DNA from: Heterodontus francisci
Taxonomy: Eukaryota
Length of the DNA stretch: 64,000 nucleotides
Direction: 5' to 3'
Assembly: GCF_036365525.1 (NCBI RefSeq)
Contig: NC_090399.1
Span: 13,515,558-13,579,557, forward strand
A program made the translations under genes and the position numbers. Under the pieces are notes generated by a model. That model saw only the letters and a list, made by a program, of their open reading frames with translations, was not told the DNA's origin and did no database searches. The stretch's first letter is position 1. The number at the start of each line of letters is the position of its first letter. Positions 57,121 through 64,000 of the stretch are shown piece by piece.

Positions 57121-58164
57121 ACCCATCTTCTCATTCTGAAGAGTTTAATCCAGATTGCCCTGCACTCCCAAGGAACTGAATTTTATGAGCAAATTCCTGG
57201 GATATTTAATAGTTTAGGAAGCCTGGGGTTTGCCAGCCGACTGACCGATCGAAGTTTAGTCGCGATGCAGTTTTGTTTCGAGACGTTAATTCTGTACTTT
57301 TTAAACATGGAGCAAAATGTTGAGATAATGCAACCGTTTACTGGATTGGATCGTTTCTAATTGCGAGCGGCCCGTAAATCCGGCCAACAGCAACTGAAGA
57401 AGATTTGGAAAAAGGCAAACGTTTTGGTCAAATGTAACCGGGGCGCGCAGCAAAAGTATTAAATATTTCTTGCTTCGATGAGTAGTCTCAAAGTTTTAAG
57501 GGAATTGCTGAGTAGTCATTTAATTTCGAACAAAATTATACATTTTTTTTGGGGGGGGGGGTTTCTCCCCCCCCCCGGTGTGACAGGAGTTTTGTTAGAG
57601 ACGCGGGGGGCGGGAAAGAGTCCCTGAGCCAGCTCCGGGGAGAGGCGAGTGAGGCAACGGTCTCCCCTCCCTCTTGCTCGCTTCGGCCGCGCTTGGACTG
57701 CGGTCCGGCCTCTGGACAAACACCACCGGCTGATGTGAGAATAAGGAAAAGGTTCGCAAAGGAGGGACCGTGAAAAACTGACGGCCCTGGGACAGAGTTA
57801 ATTTATTTTTAAAAATATATAAAAGCAAGCATGAGGGAACCGTTTTCAGTTTCCCGCCCAAAATAAATAAAGCCACGATGTTGCCTGTTAAAGATTTCCA
57901 ATGGATTTCCATCAGCAAAACCAAAGTCAGTTTGCCACATAATAGTAACAATATCTTGTGGACTCTGACTGCCAGCTTCCCTTTTAAATAAGGCAGGAAA
58001 TAACCTAAACTGCAATCTTAATAATATGCTGCCTCTGAAAGTCTATTCATGTAAAATAAAATGACATTTTTTTTTCCTATCTGGAAGTATAAGAGTATAA
58101 ACGATATTTTGAACATGTTTCCAAGTTTTTGGGGGACATGACCGTTTAAAACCGTTAGCTCGTT

Positions 58165-58420
58165 CTTGCGATTTGAAAATTCAAATCCGTCTCCGCCCAA
58201 CGGAATGAATTGATATTTACATATCCCGGCTCAAGTTAGACTCGCTGACAGCCAATCAGAGGGTGGAGTTTCGACCAATGAACGAGCCTCGACGGCAGCT
58301 AATCAAAAATGTAGAATTTCGACCAATGAAAAGGTGGGATTTTCCGCCAATGAACACGAGGCCGCCTGCTCTCGCTCGGGTCCGCGGGTTGGGAGGGAGG
58401 ACGCCAACCCCATCCATTGG
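58165..58420. promoter_or_regulatory. CpG-rich promoter-like region with a phased CCAAT array and CHR-like TTTGAA
   Basis: CCAAT at 58252, 58275, 58323 and 58347 (CTAAT at 58299); TTTGAAAATTCAAA at 58172-58185; CCGCCC at 58193-58198. Confidence 0.55.
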
Positions 58421-58797
58421 GAGAAAGGGGGCAAAACTGGGGCTCATTAGTGTAAGATGATCAGGAATAAATCTGATAAGGAATTTAGGAGGGACTTATT
58501 TAGCCAGCCGTTAAAAATGCAAAGATGGAACAATAAAAAGCTAAACATTTTCAGCAATGGATTTGCCTGTTCTCAAAGTATCTGCACGGACAAGGGCAGC
58601 AAATACATGGGAACACCACCACCTGCAGGTTCCCCTCCAAGTCACACACCATCCTGACTTGGAACTATATCACCGTTCCTTCACTGTCGCTGGGTCAAAA
58701 TCCTGAAACTCCCTAACAGCACTGTGGGTGTACTTAGCTCACATGGACTGCAGCAGTTCCAGAAGGCAGCTCACCACCAGCTTCTCAAAGGCAATTA

Positions 58798-59113
58798 GGG
58801 CGGCACAGTGGTTAGCACTGCAGCCTCACAGCTCCAGGGACCTGGGTTCAATTCTGGGTACTGCCTGTGTGGAGTTTGCAAGTTCTCCCTGTGACAGCGT
58901 GTGTTTTCGCCGGGTGCTCCAGTTTCCTACCACAGCCAAAGACTTGCAGGTTGATAGGTAAATTGGCCATTGTAAATTGCCCCTAGTGTAGGTAGGTGGT
59001 AGGGAATATGGGATTACTGCAGGGTTAGTATAAATGGGTGGTTGTTGGTCGGCACAGACTCGGTGGGCCGAAGGACCTGTTTCAGTGCTGTATCTCTAAA
59101 TAAAATAAATAAA
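58798..59113 (+). mobile_element. HE1/V-SINE-type SINE inserted in a LINE 3' tail (58590-59160)
   Basis: tRNA head, V-core, (TAAAA)n tail, and AATTAGGGC repeated on both sides. Confidence 0.88.
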
Positions 59114-60262
59114 AATTAGGGCTGGCCTAGCCAGTGACACCCACATCCCATGAATGAATCTTTAAACAAGCATGCATTTTACATGTTCCTTATTGCTGCT
59201 ATTTGACCTCTTGATGCAACTTGTTTTAAAATCACAATAAAGAATTACACAGAATTTTACAGCCGAGAAGAAGTCCATCTGGCCTGTGCTTCAGTGAGCC
59301 TCCTCCCACCCTATTTCATTCTATCCTATCAGCATAACCTTCCATTCCTCTCCCCTTAAAGGTGTCGATTCTATTCACCTCAACCACCCGCAGTGGTACC
59401 AAGAAGAACATTCCTGTCATCCTTGGTAAAGAGGTTTCTTCTGAATTCCCTACTGGATTTGGAATGTCACTTCGACTTGGCCTCAGGAAACATATTAATT
59501 AGTTGTAAAAGAAAAAAATGACTACAATACAAAGAATGCAAAAAAGCCAGAGGCCATATAGAATGCTGAGATGTCCCCTTTATGGAAATAGCAGAGGTGC
59601 CTTATCCATAGTTGGTTCAATAAAATAAAGAAGGGCGGGAGTCTGGAGGTGAAAGACGAAACACTGAAAAGAAGACAAGACATTTGTTTTGTATCTTTTT
59701 TTTAAAATGTGCAAAAGGTGGTAGAAGATATTTATCACGTATTCAAGACTCGGATGAACTTAGATTTTGTAGCGTTAAGAGATTGTTCAGAGAAAGAATT
59801 GCTTGGCTCAAAGGAGGAAACCAAGCTTCTTATTTTTGTGAGGTAAGAGTATTAAGGAATACAGAAACAAGGTGGTAGATAGAGGTAAGATACAGATCAG
59901 TCATGGTCCGACTGAACAGTGGAACAAGCTGAAGGAGACAAATGACCTCCTTCTGTTTCTATGCTCTTGAATACAACTTTAGCTAAAGGATATGGGATTT
60001 CCATACAAGATAAGGGGGTACAATGAAGATAAGAATAACAAATATATAAGTAAAGAGCAGAGTCCCACGCCTGAGTAATAAAGGTAGCACAATTAGGAGT
60101 AAAATGGTCATTTTGTACGTAGGTATGGTAGCGAGATTTTAGCTTAACTTGACCATTTTCACACTGTACCCTCTGTAATAACTAACAAGGTCAAGTAAGC
60201 CATCTTAATACTAAAACATGACCAAAGAAGTCATTTTCGTGTCGTGTATCAATAACTGTATT

Positions 60263-61085
60263 TGTCATGTGGACCCCCACCTGCCAAGAATGAGGCATAT
60301 TAATTTTGTCATATGAACATTGATTTTAAACTGTTGCTGAAGATCACCAGACACTGGGCTGGAAGGACATTTGCACACTAAGAGACACTGCTTGTGGAGA
60401 CAAAGGACTATTCCCTGCTCCAATTAACCCAAATGGATTTTGATCACCAGACATTGAAGGTATAGGGAAGCGCATTCCAGGCACTGCTAAGATGATGCAA
60501 CCCACTGTCTATGACTCAGAGAAAGAGTCTATGGATCTATGACACAGAGCCAGGACTGGTTAAACCAGTTGGTCACATGACTAACTGGCTGGTCCAGGTT
60601 TTTTGAACTAGCCACAGGACTGTTTGAATTCAAAAGGCAGTGTGCAACTGAAGCTGGAACAAGGAAGCCTCTCTCTCACACACGCTTTCTCCCAAGCCAC
60701 TGGACCCACAGAAGACAAGTAAACCTCAAGAGAGAAAAGACTCCTAAATCGGAACAAGTTGAAGCGTGAACGGGGCTCCAACGAATTGCAAGACTTACCG
60801 GCAACCAAAGATTCCACATGGAACTTAAAGGACTGTAACTACAAGATATTGCCTCAAACTTTTCCCCTTTATTCCTTCCACTTTTTCTGTCTCTACTTCA
60901 TCTGTGTTTATCGCGTATGCATGCTAGCATGGTCGCGTCACGTATTTGTAGTCATTAATCGGATTAGAGTTTAAGATTAATAAACATCTACCTTTCTAGT
61001 TTAAATCTAAGGAAACCTGTCTGATTTCTTTGCCTTACAATTGGATCAGTGAACAAGAATTCACTGAGGGGGAGCTAAAAACACA
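60263..61085 (+). mobile_element. Probable truncated Gypsy LTR
   Basis: TGTCA start. The AATAAA..AAGGAAACCTGTCTGATT motif is shared with ~36770. Confidence 0.45.
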
Positions 61086-61632
61086 GGTTATGATGGAGCT
61101 GTATAAAACGTTAGCTAGGCCACAGCTGGAGTACTGTGTGCATTTCTGGTCGCCACATTGTAGGAAGGATGTGATTGCACTGGAGAGGGTGCAGAAGAGA
61201 TTCACCAGAATGTTGCCTGGGCTGGAGCATTTCAGCGACGAAGGGAGACTGAAAAGGCTCGGGGTTGTTTTCCTTAGAGCAGAGAAGGCTGAGGGGGGAC
61301 CTGATTGAGGTATACAAAATTATGAGGGGCATTGATAGGATAGATAGAAGACACTTTTCCTTTAGCGGAGCAATCAATAACCAGGGGGCATAGATTTAAG
61401 GTAAGGGGCAAAGGTTTAGAGGGGATTTGAGGAAAAAAAATTTCACCCAGAGGGTGGATGGATTCTGAAACTCACTGCCTGAAGGGGTGGAGAGACAGGA
61501 ACCCTCACAACATTTAACAAGTATAGAGGTGAGCATTGAAATGCCATAGCATAGAAGGCTACAGGCCAATTGTTGGAAAATGCGATTAGAATAGATCGGT
61601 GCTTGATGGCTGGCACAGACAAGATGGGCCAA
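61086..61632 (+). mobile_element. CR1 LINE 3' fragment
   Basis: LYKTLARPQLEYCVHFWSPH..RFTRMLPGL. Confidence 0.8.
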
Positions 61633-61634
61633 AG

Positions 61635-62062
61635 GGCCTGTTCCGTGCTGCACCTCATTCTTTAAATAGTAGCAATCAGGAACTCTCTCTGCTTCAATTT
61701 CGCATTGGGCAGCCTGCACTAATTCTCTCAGTACTGGGTCAGCTCTCTGAGCCCCAGCTAAGGAAAATCCATTTAACTCATTCCCTGGGTCTTCTAACTG
61801 TCCAAAGAAAGTCTCAGACAGACAGACCTGGTCGTCTGCCTGCAGTGCCATTGCAGTCTCTTCTGGGGGAGCTGGTTTGATCATGGCCTAATCTACTACA
61901 CATTCAGGGAAACTGCAGGGGGCCGTCTCCTGCCGCTGCCCTGTTTCTCTGACCTCCTGCGGCCTCTCTTTCACTACTGGGGGTGCTGCCACCTTCAACC
62001 CTGCCAGATCATTACTTAGGAGCAGGTCAACCCCATCCACAGACAAATGAGGGACAATCCCT
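61635..62062 (-). pseudogene. Gypsy (Gmr1-like) protease-integrase linker fragment
   Basis: LSETFF..LAGAQRADPVL..CYYLKNE in ORF 61396-61884 (-). Confidence 0.55.
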
Positions 62063-62442
62063 ACAGAGGGGCGACATGATAGAGGTTTACAAAGTTATGA
62101 GCGGCATGGACAGAGTGGATAGTCAGAAGCTTTTTCCCAGGGTGGAAGAGGGGATATAGGTTTAAGGTGCGAGGGGCAAAGTTTAGAGGGGATGTGCGAG
62201 GCAAATTTTTTACACAGAGGGTTCCAGTGCCTGGAACTTGCTGCCAGGGGAGGTGGTGGAAGCAGATACGATAGCAACATTTAAGAGACATCTTGACAAA
62301 TATATGAATAGGAAGGGAATAGAGGGATACGGTCCCCGGAAGTGCAGAAGGTGTTAGTTTCAGCAGGCATCAAGGTCGGCACAGGCTTGGAGGGCCGAAT
62401 GGCCTGTTCCTGTGCTGAACTGTTCTTTGTTCTTGTTCTTTG
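62063..62442 (+). mobile_element. CR1 LINE 3' fragment
   Basis: RGDMIEVYKVM..FRGDVRGKFFTQR with a CR1 hairpin and TTCTTTG tail. Confidence 0.8.
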
Positions 62443-62699
62443 TACTTCATCCTGGCTTGGAGAGCTACTAGTTTAAGTCACAGACATGTTAGTATTCTAG
62501 CACACACAAGCACAAGAAAACCTGCATTGAAATCTTTTCTCTTTTTATTTCCGATCGTGGATTCACACAGTGCTTTCAGGTTATTGGATAATTTGACAGT
62601 AAACAGCCTCTATCTTTAGAAAGTAGATGTAAGAGCCATTGGTTGATTGCTGGCAGTGCTTGGAAAATCACCCAATTTAGGAGTAGAATAAATAATAAC

Positions 62700-63930
62700 A
62701 ATAAAATAACAAGAACATCTTGTATTCATATAGTGCCTTTAGTGTAATAAAACGACCCACGAAGATTCACAGGCACATTATAAAGTAAAATTAGACACTG
62801 AGACATGTAAGGAGCTGTTAGGCCAGATGGCCAAAAGTTCGGTCAAAGATATAGGTTTTAAGGAGTGTCTTAAAGGAAGAAAGAGAGGTAAAGAGGGGGA
62901 GAGGTTTAGGGAGGGAATTCCATAGTTTAGGGCCTAGGCAGCTGAAGGCATGACCACCAATGGTGGAGCAATTAAAATCAGCAATGCTCAAGAGGTCAGA
63001 ATTGGACGAGTGCAGCGACTTGCATAGCTGGTTCAGTGGACACCGGTTGGTCAGAGTTAGGTTGGCTCCTTCCTAGGATTAGATTAACCTGCATCTCACA
63101 TTAGGACAGTTTATTAAATGCTACCATCTTCTACTAAACAAATACCCTACTTGATTATTTTCAAAACAAAGCAACTAGGTTTAAGTGGTATTTAATCTTG
63201 AGTTACATCCACCCTTAATGAGTTTGTTCTCAAAACGTGTGAAAATAGAGATTGAAATTCTGTTTGAGTTTTTGGGCAATAGTTTCAAATGTTCATATAT
63301 TCCACTGACAGGGAGGGGTTTGAAAACAAGCATCAGAATTTTTAAATTCAGGCATTGCTTAAATGGGAGCCAATGTAGGCCAGTGAGCACAGGAGTGATA
63401 GGTGAAAGAGACTTGGTGTGAGTTAAGATGCAGGAAACATGGTTTTTGGATAACCTCAAGTTACAGAGGTGAGAATGTGGGAGACCAGCCAGGAGTGCAG
63501 CAGATGTATGGGAACACCACCACCTGCAAGTTCCCCTCCAAGCCACACACCATCCTGACTTGGAACTATATCGCCGTTCCTTCACTGTCGCTGGGGCAAA
63601 ATCCATGGAACTCCCTTCCTAACGGCACTGTGGGTGTACCGACACCCCAAGGACTGCAGCAGTTCAAGAAGACAGCTCACCACCACCTTCTCAAGGGCAA
63701 TTAGGGATGGACAATAAATGCTGACCTGGCCAGCGACGCCCACATCCCATGAACGAATTTTTTTTCAAAGTGCATTGTAATAGTCAAGTCCAGAGGTAAC
63801 AAAGGCATGAATGAGGGTTCGGTAGCAGATGAGCTGAGACAGGGGTGAAATTGGGCCATGTTACGAAGCTGGACATTGGCAGTTTTAGTGGTGGTGCAGA
63901 TATGTGACTGGAAGCTCATCTCAGGGTCAG
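62700..63930 (-). mobile_element. L2 LINE fragments, with a plus-strand LINE tail inserted at ~63490-63760
   Basis: SPITPVLTGLHWLPFKQCLNLKIL (63181-63606 -) and FQSHI..TKTA..LRNMA (63701-63946 -) are L2 ORF2 motifs. Confidence 0.7.
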
Positions 63931-64000
63931 GTGTTCTGCGTTTCATCTTTCCCCGCCAGTCTCCTGCCCTTCCTTACTTTATTGACCCAACAGTCTGGTT

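Overview
Vertebrate genomic DNA, almost certainly a cartilaginous fish (shark). The evidence is HE1/V-SINE-type SINEs, abundant CR1, L2 and RTE LINEs, and Penelope elements. The window is part of a dispersed histone locus. Seven intronless genes each end in a histone 3' stem-loop: a divergent H2B (1299-1706), five linker-histone (H1)-derived genes of four very different types (3103-3636; 19268-19774 and its duplicate 26060-26566; 28215-29054 minus; 32130-32735), and a near-canonical H2A (56668-57057). There is also an H2A pseudogene (~33570-33720) and the stem-loop of an eighth gene that ends at the window start. None of the H1 genes looks like an ordinary somatic H1. Two are arginine-rich and protamine-like, one has a shortened wing and an acidic tail, and one has a collapsed globular domain. 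My main candidate for an undescribed system is therefore a cluster of germline or sperm H1-to-protamine-like intermediates (inference). The second highlight is an ~11 kb endogenous retrovirus-like element (8046-19141, minus). It has ~99% identical LTRs, a TTAC target-site duplication, a tRNA-Leu primer site, a retroviral Gag-MA remnant and a decayed fusion-protein (F)-type env, but no visible pol. An inverted Penelope element with hammerhead ribozyme motifs sits inside it. A 6792-bp tandem duplication that copies one H1-like gene starts inside that palindrome. The right half is mostly nested retroelements: a Gmr1-like Gypsy with a tandem PBS-like array, a full-length CR1, and an intact RTE LINE. 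All coordinates and counts were read by hand and no database searches were run.
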